DNA of 64,000 nucleotides. Origin: Lytechinus pictus (lineage: Eukaryota). This document shows, in pieces, positions 13,290-27,650 of this stretch. The stretch's first letter is position 1; each line of letters begins with the position of its first letter. Location of the stretch: the NCBI RefSeq assembly GCF_037042905.1, contig NC_087245.1, forward strand, positions 31,126,001 through 31,190,000. The letters run 5' to 3'. Under the pieces are notes generated by a model. The model was given only the letters and a program-made list of their open reading frames with translations. It was not told the DNA's origin and ran no database searches. The position numbers and the translations under genes were made by a program.

Positions 13290-13940
13290 CTTTGGAAATG
13301 GAGGGGTGAGTAAAGAAAAAAGGTTGAGATGGAATGGAATATATATTCTGTTTGACATATAAGTCAGTGTCATGACAGTGATTCGGTTTATATCGGGGGT
13401 AATCATTACTTACTGTTTATCGCGTCGGGTCTTGAATTGAAAAAAATATGAAAGAGAATAGAGGCGGGGCCACTGGTTGCCCACGAGGGAAAACTTTCGA
13501 CCAATAGCCACTGAGCCGTCAAATAAAAGGGGGTGGGGCCGCAAGATGAGGAAGTGGAACCCCGATGGAATAATTTTTGAGCCCCGTCAACAGGCGCGTA
13601 GCTAAAAAATATCAAAATTGCCATTCCCTTTTGTTTCCCACACCTTTTTTTTACTCCGTTTTTCCCCTTCCAGGCTGTGGGAATCGTATATATTCTTGCC
13701 AGAAATTATAAAGTATACATGGGTGTTTTCGCATATTGCATTGACACAAAAGTTTAGCTCTTCTGTTCGGAGCGGGTAAACATTACCGTCACTCCGCGAG
13801 TCCCTAAATGCTATTTCTTCCGCTTTTCAGCAAGTATTTTTTGTCAAAATATCTGCTCAAAGGGGGAGACATTAAATTTGTGCCGCGCTCTATGCAAAAG
13901 TATGTACGATATTATACTTTATTCTATATCGCTTCACATT

Positions 13941-14150
13941 CACTCTAAAAATTCGAATGTTAAATCAACATTTTGAAAGGTTGGAGGAGTGACAACCTTT
14001 TTCAAATGTTACATCCAACCTTGTATAAAGCTGAATCCAACATTTTAAGTGTTGGGTAGAACCATTTTAAGTGGTAAATGCAACATTCAGAAAATGTTGT
14101 CACTCCTCCAATCTTTCAAATGTTTAGTTAACATTTCTTTTTTTAGAGTG
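13941..14150. mobile_element. CACTA/EnSpm-like MITE
   Basis: CACTCTAAAAA...TTTTTAGAGTG termini; internal inverted repeat TTGGAGGAGTGACAAC. Confidence 0.55.
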
Positions 14151-16043
14151 TCCATGTCTTGTTTTGCGCCATTAATTTGAAATTTTGAATATCTCTGAAG
14201 TTTCTTAATCAAAAGGAAGCGCTTAATATGAGCGAAATTACAAAATTTCCCCCAAAATGAGCATGGGAAAGGAAAAGTCCCTCTTCTAGCTTGCATTATC
14301 CCTTTAACATTTTGAGCTCGTTTTTCTTCTTAATCGAGTTATATATAATCTAAAAAATATCAAATTTAGAACAGGTTAAAGTTTCAGAATTTTTTTTTTA
14401 TATTAGCGGGAAGGAATATAGCGCCTATTTCCTTCCTGTATATACCCGTCTTCTACTCTGTTTTGCGACTTGAGTTAAAGAATTTAATGTGGATACACTT
14501 TTTACAATCAAATCTGATGTGACCAAGGTAGGCATTAATCATTTCTGTTCTCTATTTTTATAAAACTTTTTAAGCTTCCACGTTTCGCGCGGTAAGAGGA
14601 ATTATTTTAAATTCTTCAATCTTTTCCCATTTTGGGGCGCTCATAATTTCTTTCATAAACAATTTTGTTTTAATCATTGCAAGTCAATATTCGAGTTGAT
14701 AAGGGTACTAGAGACACAGGAGACGCCTTCTTTTGATTTGAATTTGATGAGATATCGAAAACTTCGCGCTCTGCAAGAGAGGGGGAAACTCCCCCCCCCC
14801 CCCTCCCTGCACCCTCCCCCCTAGGGAGCGCGCTTCGCGCGCTCTGTAAGTGTTGGCACGCTTCGCGTGCACTTACCGCCCCCTCCAAAATTAAATCCTG
14901 GCTACGCGGTTGCCCGTCAAAGATCCAATCGGCGCAAAATGGGGGGATTTTAAGTTTTCATACTAGTTATGCGGCATGGATTGCTCCCACGATCTCCTCT
15001 GCGAAAATTATCCAACCATACTTCCCCGTCTGTGCCCTAGTTGTCTTTGGCCTATCAAAATAATATTTCAATAGCCTTTTGCCTTTGGTACGGCAGTTAT
15101 TGGCGAAAGCATTTATCAATATGAAAGTCAAGGAATCCAGAACCTCATCATAATAAATAATGCTGAAAATAAATAAGCATATAAAGCAAGATAATTACAA
15201 ATAATATCAAAATATCGTCTTCCACAAGTTAGCTACAAAGCCAATGAATGTGAATATAATCCAACATAACATAAACTTAATATGATAACGATAAACATAC
15301 TTATGATAAAATGAAGTAACATTTAAACAAGCAGTCTTATCAATATAATTCAGATATAATTTTTTTTCAGCATAATTACACACATCCATAATCACAACAA
15401 ACCGCGTAGTTGAGAATACTGGCGTAATAAGCACCAAAAAATGAGGAAAAACATCATAAGTGTAAAAATGAAAATCTAGTTCTGTGATAAATTTTGACGT
15501 ATCAGAAAATAACATAAAACCTCGCCCGTTTTCTTTATCATTTTTTTTTTTGGGGGGGGTCTGGAAATTCACTGGAGCAGCCCCTCAACCATCGTACACC
15601 AGACTTGAGAGAACATTTGAAATAATGTAATTTTTGCTTCTCCGTTTTGCATGCCTTTTATTTTCATTTTTCATGTACATTTATTGGTTTCTGGAACATT
15701 TTTCATAAACACATTAACAAAGAAAATACAATAATAATACAGATAATAAATTAACTGACAAGCAAAACATTGAACAAAAATTGCATTTTCTATTACATAT
15801 CTATTTTTAGAAGGTTGCAGGTGTTGTCACTATAAGCTATTTAAGCTTGACTGCGTGACTGCGTGACAGCCCAAGAAAACGATTACAAATTATTTATCAT
15901 ACTATCTTAACGTAAGGGTGCAGGTGCGAGTGGGGTTAACACTTACACTTACAACTTAAAACACTTACAACACTTATGAAGACGGCATATTTTAGAAGAG
16001 AGTATTAATCAAAACACACAAAGCATGCAGTCATAAAACTTAC

Positions 16044-16369
16044 TCTCGAAGTTGAGTTTGATGGTGTTGGTGGCGGTACCAAGTTGGTTCTTGGCGACGA
16101 TCTTGTAGTCTCCTCCATCAGCCTCTGTGACGTCATTGATCTCGAGCGAGAGGTAGAAGAAGTCGCCGTCGTTTTTCTCCCGGAGCTTGAGGTGACCCCC
16201 GGGTCCGCTGTCCTTGAGGATCTTCTCGTTGCGCCTCCATTCGATGGTCGGCGCGGGGTCGGCCTCCAGGCTGCATTCGATAGTCAACTTGGTACCGTCG
16301 TCCGATTGTTTCATGGCGGGTTTCATGGTGAAGTTGGGCGGTTTCCCCCTGCCTCCGTCTTTACCGGGG
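16044..16369 (-). CDS. Twitchin-like exon, Ig2 (PGKDGGRGKPPNFTMKPAMKQSDDGTKLTIECSLEADPAPTIEW...DGGDYKIVAKNQLGTATNTIKLNFE)
   Basis: ORF 16009..16383; cctttcag acceptor, GTAAGT donor; phase 2 to 1. Confidence 0.93.
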
Positions 16370-16929
16370 CTGAAAGGAACCAACGGATTTTTTTTTTTGG
16401 TAAGTTCTATTAAATATATATTGTGATTTAGTGTAAACTGTTTGATTAGCTATGATAATTATATTATTTATTTGGATCTAACCTCGATAAGTATTCCGAT
16501 ATACCTATTATGACTGTTATAATAATATACTGATTTGTATAGAACAGAAACTATGTGAATATTTATTCTTCTGCACTGGAAGAGCTCCTGAAATGCTTGA
16601 AAAACAAAATTTAAAAAAAGATAAAGAAATAAATGTATGTTATCTCCAATTTTTTCTTGTTTTTAAAAGTACTTTTTCATTTAAAGTGACTTGGATGTAA
16701 ATAGGCAAAATAAATATTAACTGTCAAGCGAGCCAATGATCAGCATTGCGGCATTTACGTTTATATCATTCGGGGGGGGGGGTATATTATTCACTCATAC
16801 TGGATTCTGCTAACTTTCTGCGGTGTGAATGCATTGACAAGGAAATCAGTATACCATATATACGGTCGCTTGTAATGACATAAGTCACTCAAAATCTATT
16901 AAATGTTTTTTTTTTAGTGATGAGCTTAC

Positions 16930-16960
16930 CCGGCCTCTTGTTCCATTTCTGTTTCTTCGT
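16930..16960 (-). CDS. Twitchin-like micro-exon, 31 nt (DEETEMEQEAG)
   Basis: tttttgaatcgcag acceptor, GTAAGC donor; phase 1 to 2 exactly bridges the neighbouring exons. Confidence 0.8.
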
Positions 16961-17400
16961 CTGCGATTCAAAAATAAAGAGAAACATAACAAGAATAATA
17001 TCATATACATAATTTAAAACAAAAAGATGACCATAATATAGGATCGTAAAAGCAAATCTAAAATAAGAACCACATACTTTAAATCATATTCTAAAAACGA
17101 AATCACGGTCTTGATAATTGTACGTATAAAGAAAGAGTTATTTTTACTGAATTACATTTACAAGCTCTGTGAATTTGTAGGAAAATATGTTTAATCGATT
17201 ACAAATATTCTTTCTTTGAGGTATATAGCAAACTACAAGCTCTGCTCTAATGCATTCCCTTTACATTTCCAATATATATTCATCAGATTACTTTGATAAC
17301 AGATTCATGTAGGCCTTTAGTTTTAGTTTGTGTTATATTATGTTGAAAATGAAAATTATTAAAAAGAAATTAAAAGTGAAAAAAGATTATTTTGACCTAC

Positions 17401-17536
17401 CGCCGAATTTGAGTGCAATAGTTGCACTCGTGGTCCCCATTTTATTTGAGGCGACGATTTTGTAGTTGCCTTCGTCCTGCGCTACGATGTCGGCGATCTC
17501 CATTTTGACAACGAAAACATCACCGTCGGCTTTCAC
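17401..17536 (-). CDS. Twitchin-like exon 2 (VKADGDVFVVKMEIADIVAQDEGNYKIVASNKMGTTSATIALKFG), second half of Ig1
   Basis: AG/GTAGGT boundaries, phase 0 to 1, DxGxY Ig motif. Confidence 0.9.
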
Positions 17537-18612
17537 CTTGACATAACAGAAATAGATAAATAGATAGATAATAATTGGCCTACTATGAACTATTAAAGGT
17601 TTCTATTGATTTTTTTACAGTAGGCTGACGTATAAATCATGCAAATAGGATGCAAAATATATACATCTATTTTTAACGGAATTTCAGTTGATTCTTAGTT
17701 ATTTCCACATATTTCTCGAATATATATTTGAAAAAAATTACCAAAAATTGAATATCTATACAACATATTTGTTACCAATATATAGGGGATTCATTTTTTA
17801 CTTGAAAAGCTTGTTTTTTTTCAAGATGATGAACTTTGTATAACATGTCTAAAACACTGTAAAAGGGGGTTGTATTTGTCACCGACTGTTGCATATATAT
17901 ATATATAGATACAAACTGGGATCATGTTCTGTATTTTCTAAACTGCCAATATTACAAGACACTGCTCCGAATGATGCATATACTGGCTTTGAACCTGGTC
18001 AGATTTGATAGTTGAGGACTTGTGGTGGTGCTATTATACAAGGCTGTTCGTACATTATAAACAGTTTACCCAATATTGGATAAAAAGGGAATATAAACAT
18101 GATAAATGTTTGGTGGGTAGAAAATACCAGATAGGCCTACTGTGTGAATTTTACCAATTTTTGCGTTGAAATTTACCAATGAAACATGCATGCAGTATGC
18201 CTCGTAGTACAAAATCTTACTCAACAGGTTCCTTATTTAACGTGCATTCACTTGGTGCATACTAGTAGTAAATAAGTAGTTTTCGCTACGCGATGTACGG
18301 AGAATGCCAGAACACATTAAATGTATTGGAAAATGCCTGACAATGAACAGCTGGGAGGTCCTCGTCGAAAACTGGTGAACCGGAACAGCCGTTTCGTCCT
18401 AAGTTTCGGATCTGACATAAAAAAATCCAAATTATGTCGTTTGTCCCGAGTTAAACGGTCTAAACTGCTATTTTGATTCACCAATTTTTAAGAAAATCGA
18501 CTTCTGGGTTGTCTTTGTCATGAAGGGCAAATGACAAGTCCTTTTTATCTGTTCTCAAATCCCCTGTACGTCTCCGTGCGAAAAGTCCTTTAATATCAAG
18601 TCAATGACTTAC

Positions 18613-18780
18613 CGATGTGGCATATCTGCCCCCATCTTTGATGGACTTGTCGTCCACAGACCATTTGAAGTCTGGCTGTGGACTTCCGGCAATCTTGCAG
18701 GTGAAGATAAGGATCTGCCCGTCATCTGACTGGTCTAGGGCAGGCTTCTGAACAAAGGATGGAGCCGCGTCTTTCCCCAT
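18613..18780 (-). CDS. Twitchin-like coding exon 1 (MGKDAAPSFVQKPALDQSDDGQILIFTCKIAGSPQPDFKWSVDDKSIKDGGRYATS), first half of Ig1
   Basis: ATG at 18780 in GCAATGG context; acceptor ttttgcag 14 nt upstream (exon edge 18794); donor GTAAGT, phase 0. Confidence 0.9.
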
Positions 18781-21700
18781 TGCGGCAGCTCAAACTGCAA
18801 AAGAAAGGAGAACAGGGTTGTCTTGGTAATCTCATGTTTCTATTGATCTTTTTATGAGGTAAATCAAGTGATTTCAAAAGGTGACATGATAATACAAGCA
18901 TGATTTTAGTCAGTGTCAACATTCATGAAGTGGCTATAAGGACGATGCTAAATATTAAGCATTGTTATGAATCCAAAACCATTTTTCTAGATTTCCAATG
19001 ACGTCGATGATCAATAAGTTAATGAAAACGAGTTTTTATGATTACTATGGAAACCATACATCAACGTTTCACATTATTCGATTGAAAAGAAAATTATACC
19101 AAAAACGTTTTAGTCGTTAATATGCTTGTTAAATACACGTAACAATAAGGTAAAATAAGCTCAGACTAAAAGAGTATACATAAAAATTATATTTAAAAAA
19201 ATCCCCTTGATTATTCAATTAAGAAGCACAATGAAATATTAGCTGAAGTTAACAAAAGCGACAAACAAAAGTGTCGATCGATACAAAGAAATTGACAGGA
19301 GTGTCGTCAAGTAATCAAAGTTTGTCACCTCCTTCAGATTTTCAAGAATGCGCAAAAAAGAAAGAAAGCAAGTTTTGTAGGCCTATGTATAGTTATAAGA
19401 CCAGCTGCGAAAAAGTATAAACCAATGCAACAGGGAAGAGTAGAACAACAAGCGAAGACAGAGGAGACAGGAAAAAACCGTGCATGGGCGTGACTATCTG
19501 ATGATGATATGAAACAACCGGCTTCATCGTCCCTTCTTTTATCGGCTTCTTTCAACGCCCGAATTTCATCGTACATTACATAGCGCGGGAAAACAAAACG
19601 ATACCGCCGAGCTTGTCATTCGATTACACCGATAAGGTTACGTGGTGACTCCCTCCAAGTTTATACGCCATGAGCGGAGGCCTGGATTCATTTTGACATA
19701 TTCACCGATCGGAGACAAGATGTGTGAGGCCCCGACATGCATACCATAGGGAGTGATAAAGCTGGAATGCGGTATCGAAGGGTGATGAGAATTGTTCGGA
19801 GAGGATGGGGGAGTTCTTCCTACCCTCCCTGTACCGCCCCGCTATCCTGTCCATTCCCTAACCATCACAGACTGGCGCGCTTTTCATCGATACAAATTTA
19901 GCTCATTCGTCACATTAAAGTGAATGGTAAAACCATTTATGATGTACAACTTTTCCAGGTGTTTCACTTTGATTTTTTTATAGTCAGCTTTGCAACTGCA
20001 TGCTTCTTATAGGCTAAGTCACTACAGTATGAGTATCGCTTTCACATGGGATTATGTTGGACTCTGTTTCCATTCATTCATTTTTTGGGGGTATTTAAAG
20101 TCATAAATAAAATTGATATTACATTTTAAATATTCAATCGTTTAATTGACCAACTGCATGCTCTTACTCTTACCATGGACCTAGTAGATCCATGCTCTTA
20201 CTGAGTCTCCATTTTATCAATAATGTCTTACTGGTTTGTATATTTATCATAATATTAACTGATGACTTGTGCAAATTTGTAAAAGAAGTGGAATGTTTTA
20301 ATCTAACTTTTTTAAATCTAAGTAGTTTGGGATTCCCATTGATGTAATCCAAATTAGATGGCATGCACCTGCGCACATTTCACTCATGGAAATCAGCATG
20401 GCTTCACATGAAGCAGAAGGAATGATGATCCAGGTCGCACATATTTTGTACCCTTGAAAAATAGCACCATGCAGACATATATCATGTTCCTGGAGTATAT
20501 CACGTATCGTCTGTACGATGTTTGTAATATAAAAATAGAACTGCTGTTATTGCTCATGCAGAGGCGGAGTTGATGGGAGCGAAGGGGACCGCCCCTCCCT
20601 GTGATTTTTTTTCTTTAAATTGTTGGGAAACAGAAGGAGCTAAAGAATGAAAGAAAAAAAGAAAAATCGTTGCAGGGCCTCTTTGTAAATCAGTTCTATA
20701 ACTGAAAGGGCTACCCTGCGTAAATAAAACTGAAATAAAGAAAGAAAGAAGAGTGTGGGGAAATCATGCGAGGGTAGACTTGATAGAAAGGACTTAGTCA
20801 TGGAATTCAACGAGACTGATTCAAAATGCAACCACCCCCACCCCTCAAAGAAAAATATAATTAAGTTGCCATTGTGAAAACAAGAGGTATATACTGACAT
20901 GATCCATAATATTTTCGTATATGTGGAGCATGCGTGTGGTTTCGAATAACGAGATTATTATACATCACATGAAAAATGCAAAACATTACGAGTAATAAAA
21001 CAATTAAATATATCTGTAAAGAAATAATGAGAATTTGAAGTCAAACTTATCGACTTAGAACTTTAAACTGGGAAGAATATCAACCAGTCTGGTCAAAATC
21101 ACGAGGACAAATATCACGCCCACTAACCCTTTTTTTAATAAAAACTATGATATAAATAATAAAAGAGATATCTTAGAAAAAAGGTAATTTTGGCACATTT
21201 TTGGCTTTTGTAACTAATGCTTTGCAGTGGACTTCTATAAATTTCTGTTTATGTAATTAAGGCCAACACCCTCTCAACATTATAGATAGATGGATAGATA
21301 GATAAATGGATTTTATTAAAAACATCATGTCTCGCAGTACAAACTGAAATGAACATGAATTACATATAAAAAGAAATTACAAGACAATAAACAATATACA
21401 TTATTAATTAACAAAGGAGTTTAAATTAAAGGGTCATTCTCGCAGTGCACTTAATTTCAGTAAGTAGAAATACAAACAGATTAGTTCCAAAGTGCACCAC
21501 GAAAATGACCCTGTAAATACTTAGCATGCAAAAAAATAATACTAAGTTATTACTTGTAATTGAAACTAGATACAATCTATAAATATTCCATGAGTAAAGT
21601 TAAAACTATCAAAATCGTACACACAGGAAACCATAAGTACTTTACTTTTACTATAAATAAAACACTTTGCTATTTATAAAATAGGAAAAACTAGCATTTA

Positions 21701-22039
21701 AATGAAACAGAATATCAAATTATATGAACCCTAATTGCACTTAAAATTCATAAAAGCCAGTGAGTAGGCTTATTTATGTGAGGTATTGCACGAATAGAGA
21801 GAAAGAGAGAGAAGGAGGGAGAGAGGGGGAGATTATGCATAATCTTGTGATGAAATGGCGGAATTGGCACGCGTAAATTCTCAGTAATCAATATAAAACG
21901 TGTAACCCTAGCCTGGATTTTTCCTTTTATAATTTCATTTTACTTTGAGAATGGCTGAACCATGCATGTGGGTTTGGTAATCATGTCATGACCACTCTGA
22001 GATATCAAATTCTGATTAATAATTTTTAAAAATGACAAT

Positions 22040-22385
22040 ATTCCGCTTTTCATTTTAGCGCTTTATACATCGGAACGACGTGTCTAAGCGCTTTACAGAT
22101 ACAATATTACCCCGGTCATCAGATTCAATCAGTCATTCCCACACACAATGTATGCACATTCTCCACTCCCTGGGGAGTATTCAAGTCAGTCGCCTGTGAG
22201 GCGCACACAGTAATGGACAAGCAACGATTACTTTCACATCCTACCGGGTACCCATTTAGCACCTGGGTCGAGAGTAGAAAAGTGAGGATTAACGCCTTGC
22301 CAAAGGACGCCAGACCCCGGTGGGATTCGAACACACGACCCTCTGTTTACAAGGCGAGAGTCAGAACTACTGCACCATGGCTGAT
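22040..22385 (-). mobile_element. tRNA-derived SINE with CORE-like middle and L2-type tail
   Basis: Minus strand: A-box-like TGGTGCAGTAG, B-box GTTCGAATCCC, CCTTTGGCAAGGCG...AAATGGGTACC, tail TGTAAAGCGCTTAG...AAGCGCT. Confidence 0.75.
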
Positions 22386-24074
22386 CTACCGGTCCCTCTT
22401 GATAGATACTATTGCATGTACCAGTTCGATCTCCTACACTCAACCGTAAAAGGGTATGGCTTTCTTAGTCTGAGTTCTGACTTCATCAACAGATAATTTA
22501 AGAAATTTCGAGTCATCTGTGAAGCATTTCCTCATTGTTGCGTCCGGGACTTTCCCGAATTGTCAACTGATCAGTAATACATGTAGAAAGTAGATTGTTC
22601 ATGTGGATCGAGAGCTGCATTTATATCCATGGTGCCTTATAGTTCATCGGACTTTTACTAAAAAGTTGATGATATTTCATGCCTGTTACATAATATACCG
22701 AAGTCATTTATCATGGATCCTAATGTAATCACGCATTAACTCTTTGCACGCCAGATAATCCGATTCGCGACTTTAAAATTTTGAGGGACAATGGCTATAT
22801 GCTGCCCAAAAAACGTATACCCACTAAAGGAATAGCATGAAAAATTGACGAGCCAAAATATAAAAAGATCGCCATTATGATACGCTCTGGGGAAACTATG
22901 TTAATATCTAACGAAGATAACCTTCATTTCATTGTCGTCATATAAGAAATATATTCAAGAAAGTTTTTTGCGTCGGTTTCTCGAAATAACAATGAGAACC
23001 GTGAAGATCAAGTTTTCCGATATTTCAGGAAAATTAAATTTTGTCAAGGAATCCGAAATATCGGAAAACATACAAGTTTATCCTACGGTCAAGATTCAAA
23101 TTAAGGTCTAGAAGGAAGAATCAGATCGTTAAATATGCCTAATCAATGCATGATTTTGTCAGGTACAGAAAAGGCTTTTACTATTTCGTCAATTGTGAAT
23201 CCACGGGTCGTGTCCATTTTCCTCATATTCTCTTTTCACCTCTTTAAACACTAATGCGTAGAGGTTTATCTTTCCCTCGATTTAGCAATGTTTCTCCCAT
23301 GATGCCCATTGATAATTATTTTCAGTTTTGAAAGAGGCCTATCATCAATCACTTGATATTATCTTGGCACGAAGTATTGGACTTCAAATATCACAACTAT
23401 TTTAATTGTCATGATCTTTGCACACGCACCCTTTATTGATAGGCTATTCGTAAAAAGATTATGATGTCATATAGGGACTTTCCCCCAATTGTAGAATGGG
23501 TAGTCATCCGGATTTGATTTATGCCAATTGATGTCCGGTGAGAAAAGAGAAAATGAAACTCATATTGTCGGTGATACATTGAATGATGAGAATTTCCCCA
23601 GGCGAAATTGCCCAGAAGGTTCAATTTATCATTGCTAGACGCCTCAATATATAAACCTATTTGTACTGCACCCTCCAAGTAATGCAGATCAAAGTCTTTA
23701 AATTGTTTGTTTGTTCAGTTGTTTTCTGTTTATAACATAAAAATACAAATAGAAAATGAACGGGTTCATTGTTGCAATACAAAAGTTGTAAGGATAAAAG
23801 AGTTAGTAAAACATACTGCTAGTAGTCCATAGCTGTATACGACCAGGGCGTAATGAGCAAAAAAATAAAATAATAAGCGGCACAATATGCATGGCATACG
23901 GGGGAACATTTCTAAAAAGTTGCGAGTGAGCAAAAAAACAGAATTTATGATAGATATTGACGAAATGTTAAAAATATAATGTCAAATTTCATCCTTTTTC
24001 ATTTTTCTTCTGTTTGTACATGTCTACATTTTTGTATGCATAATTGTTGATATCTTTGCTTAGTTAGCCTTTAA

Positions 24075-24678
24075 AGGACAAGTCCACCCCAAAAGTTAGT
24101 TGATTTGAATAAAAAGAGAAAAATCCAACAAGCATAACACTGAAAATTTCATCAAAATCGGATGTAAAATAAGAAAGTTATGACATTTTAAAGTTTCACT
24201 TGATTTCACAAAACAGTTACATGCCCATCCTGGTGGGTATGCAAATGAGAAGACGGGTGACGTCATCCACTCACTATTTCTTTTGTATTTCATTATATGA
24301 AATATGAAATATTCTAATTTTCTCCTCATTGTCAAGTGTAACATAGATTAATTCCTCCAGAACAATTGGAATTAGCATTGTTTTAATACTATATGGTTCA
24401 GTCAAGTTGGTCCTTATTGTCAAATCTGTAAAAAATGAAATATTGTATAATTCAAACAATAAAAAACAAAAGAAATAGTGAGTGACGGACATCATCGACT
24501 GTCTCATTTGAATGTCACTGAGATGTGCATATATAACTCTTTTGTGAAAAATAAGCGAAACTTTAAAATGTCATAACTTTCTTGTTTTACATCGAATTTT
24601 GATGATTTTTTTTGCGTTTTGCTAGTTTGATTTTTCTCTATTCATTCAAATCATCATTTTTCTGGGTGGACTTGACCT
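24075..24678. mobile_element. Kolobok-like element (family A, copy 2)
   Basis: Near-identical to 9340-9929; TTAA TSD. Confidence 0.85.
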
Positions 24679-27559
24679 TTAAATACGGCACTTGATTGAA
24701 GTTAGCGAGCTATGTGGTATACGAGATGGCGGGACGTGGAGCCTTCCCAGGCGCGCACTTGATACCATATTGGTCAATGGAATTCCACGAGCCACATTTT
24801 GAAGGATACGGGATGCGTATACGGTCGTGAACGTAAAATATGAACAGTCGTCAGCATATGAAGGCATAATGGTTGACTTTCGCTTGGAATTGTCTTTTAG
24901 ATTCAACATTTAGCATGTTTTTGCTGGTAAATCTATTATGATCTATAGAATAATGAATATAAATGAACATTTACAAGTGACATTACAAAGTTTAAAAACT
25001 GAAACGTGGGCATTCTTAGTACATTACTCTTATAACAATGAAATGTTTTCGCCGACATCGCCATCCGTTCAAAGAATATGACTTGTAATAAATTGGATGA
25101 ATAGATAGAGAAAATAGATAAATAAAGATGAGCATAATGATATGCAGGAAAATCAAAATTGCTATTTTTCCAGCAAATAAATGAATTGTGTGAAATGTTT
25201 GTCTATTTACAGGGGGCGCGGAACTAATATGAAAGGGGGGTTGAGCAAAAAGTGGGGGGGGGGGGCTGATGCATAAATCACAGTCTAATGGTCATTTTCA
25301 CGTTTTGTAAATGATCCCTGAAAAAGTGCACCCCCACCCCGTTCCCTGCTTTGAAGTGAATAGAGGTCCGGGTCAACAGAAATAAAATATATCATTCAAC
25401 CGAGTATTGATATTTTCATCCTAAATTATTCACAAGTTCTTTTGTTACCAAACATGCAGTGTTTTAATGTCATTTTGGCATTAAAATGATTGATATGCAT
25501 TCGAAAATCAATGATTCAAGTTGCTCGAAAAAAGTTAAAATTAACATCTACTAAGCAATTCACAAAAATCACTCTTTTAACTTCATATAGAAAGTTTAAA
25601 ATCAATGCGATAACATTAATGTAAACAAGTCAACTAACAGACCGTCTAAGAATCATGAATTCAAATACATGTAAATCAATATAAGGCAAAATGCAAAACG
25701 TTAACCATTTCAATGATTATAAGCGAGAGATAAATGTTAAAGTAACAAAAAAAAATTAATTTTGACGAAATGTAGGTTCATTTCACTTGATTTGCATGCA
25801 TCACATTGCATGATTAAAACACCGTTATTTATCATGATTATCAATCTTTAAATAACTGGTGTGTATTTTGAATTTCGGCTCCTTTTTTTAAATTTCGATC
25901 AAGTGTAGAATTAATAATATCAATTTCTATTTATTACAAGTAATTGTGTGTTATAGTTCATGCTTAACCCTTAATAAACGTCTGTCCAATCAATAATTTA
26001 GCGAAAATCTTTCCGTTTGTTATTGTGATTGAAATATATAGTGCATCTCTGCGTGTATCAGAGTAATGTGAGAATAGAACACATTTCATTTAGATCAAGG
26101 AATCGAGACCGGGAGATCTAGTCATCTGTCATGATAAAATTCAATATGTCAATATGAGCTTTTTCATTCTACGGGATCGAGTAGGACTCTATCTCATGTC
26201 TGTAGCCTCAAACAGTCAGCGATCGAAACGCGATGCAGGCATGCAGCATACCGGAGCGGTCACTCAGAATGTGAGACTTCAAGCTGTGCTCAAGGAAAAA
26301 CAAACTAAGGGTTTTATTGGGCTCTTGTTACATTACTAGGTTAAACATGATCACTGGAATACTTGTAGAGATCTACATCAGTCTTGACCCGCTTTGAGTG
26401 TTTAACTGAGATCTTTAACAGTTTTTTTTTCTCTCTCTCTCTTGATGAATGACAAGGATGGTCCACGTTGAGACCTAGTAAACTATTTGAATAATTCCAA
26501 CGAGCAAAACAATAGAAAGTCCATGGAAAAGATTGGACGGAAAAAGCAATACCATTCGATTTTTAATTAGGTCATCTGCATGATGTTTGTCCTAAGGAGA
26601 AGTAAATCAAATTACTGTTCACATACCATAAGTAAGGGATAGCGCGACGCGACCGACCTGATATACGATTGTTTTATACTGTTTGTTTGCTTTTATTTCT
26701 GCGTTCAAATAATACATGTATAAAATATATTCTGCATATACAATATACAAAAATAATTCATAATATAAATAACATAGTCATGTAAAACCAACTGTGAGTG
26801 GTGAAACTCAAAATTGAGTGCGGCCTCATAAAAAAGTTCGCTACATAGATTATCATTTATCTTATTGGGGATCTTAGACTTATAGAGCACACTTCGAATT
26901 GAATTTTGAGAAATTTATAATAACGAAATATAAAATATTTTATAATATTGCTAACGGCAATGACTTTTAATTTCTAAATTTGTGAAACAATACCTAACAT
27001 GCAAATGTGCAAATTAAGGGATTATCTGATCATATTTCTTGCCTACTTTTTGTATGTCATTCATTAATAGTTCATTTAGGGAATCTCTCCCTTGTATTAA
27101 AAAGAAGTTTAAAAAAAACTAACTCGACACATTTCACGAGAGCGAAACCATATTTGTTTGGAGGTATTTTACATTCTCGGAACAGTTAATAAATATTTGG
27201 AATAAGGCTTGTAATGAATTACAAAAAGAGTAACTTACGTTGCGGTTTTACCGCCCCAAATCGCATGAAAACAACTTTCTTCATCATAATGTTTGTTAGA
27301 CAGGAATAACCGTCGTTTCTGGGGATTTATTCAACAATTTCTGACATTTTACTGTAATCCCCATTTACCTCAGTGAGCCAACGCAGTTCAGCGGAACAAC
27401 CAAAATACAGAGACTGAAGCTTTTGGTCTAAATGTTTGTATGCTATTTTTCATCCCATTTCAATTAAAATCGCCGTTTTTCATTCAAATTAATCATAACA
27501 TTAGCATGAATATTATATGGTGTATCCTCAAGATTATATGGGGAAAGGGTATTTGATAA

Positions 27560-27650
27560 TAGTGCAGTTCCTTGCGGTGTGCCACACGGATTCGTTTTCG
27601 GACCAATCCTATTTAATGACTTTTCTTCTGAATTATCATACCTAACACTG
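27560..27650 (+). pseudogene. Tiny degenerate non-LTR retrotransposon RT fragment
   Basis: Translates as GVPHGFVFGPILF, resembling the CR1/L2 RT motif GVPQGSVLGPLLF. Confidence 0.45.

Larger units (their letters stand above)
2187..18794 (-). other. unc-22: Gene span (5' part) of a twitchin/projectin/titin-family giant Ig-domain muscle protein; continues beyond the left edge
   Basis: Fourteen GT-AG exons splice in frame. They encode five tandem I-set Ig domains of the twitchin N-terminal type (AP.F..KP...Q..DG......C.L.ADP.P...W...D.G.Y...A.N..G....I.L.F), then an acidic linker, a sixth Ig and P/E/G-rich linkers. Family assignment is by motif recognition; orthology is not tested. Confidence 0.75.
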
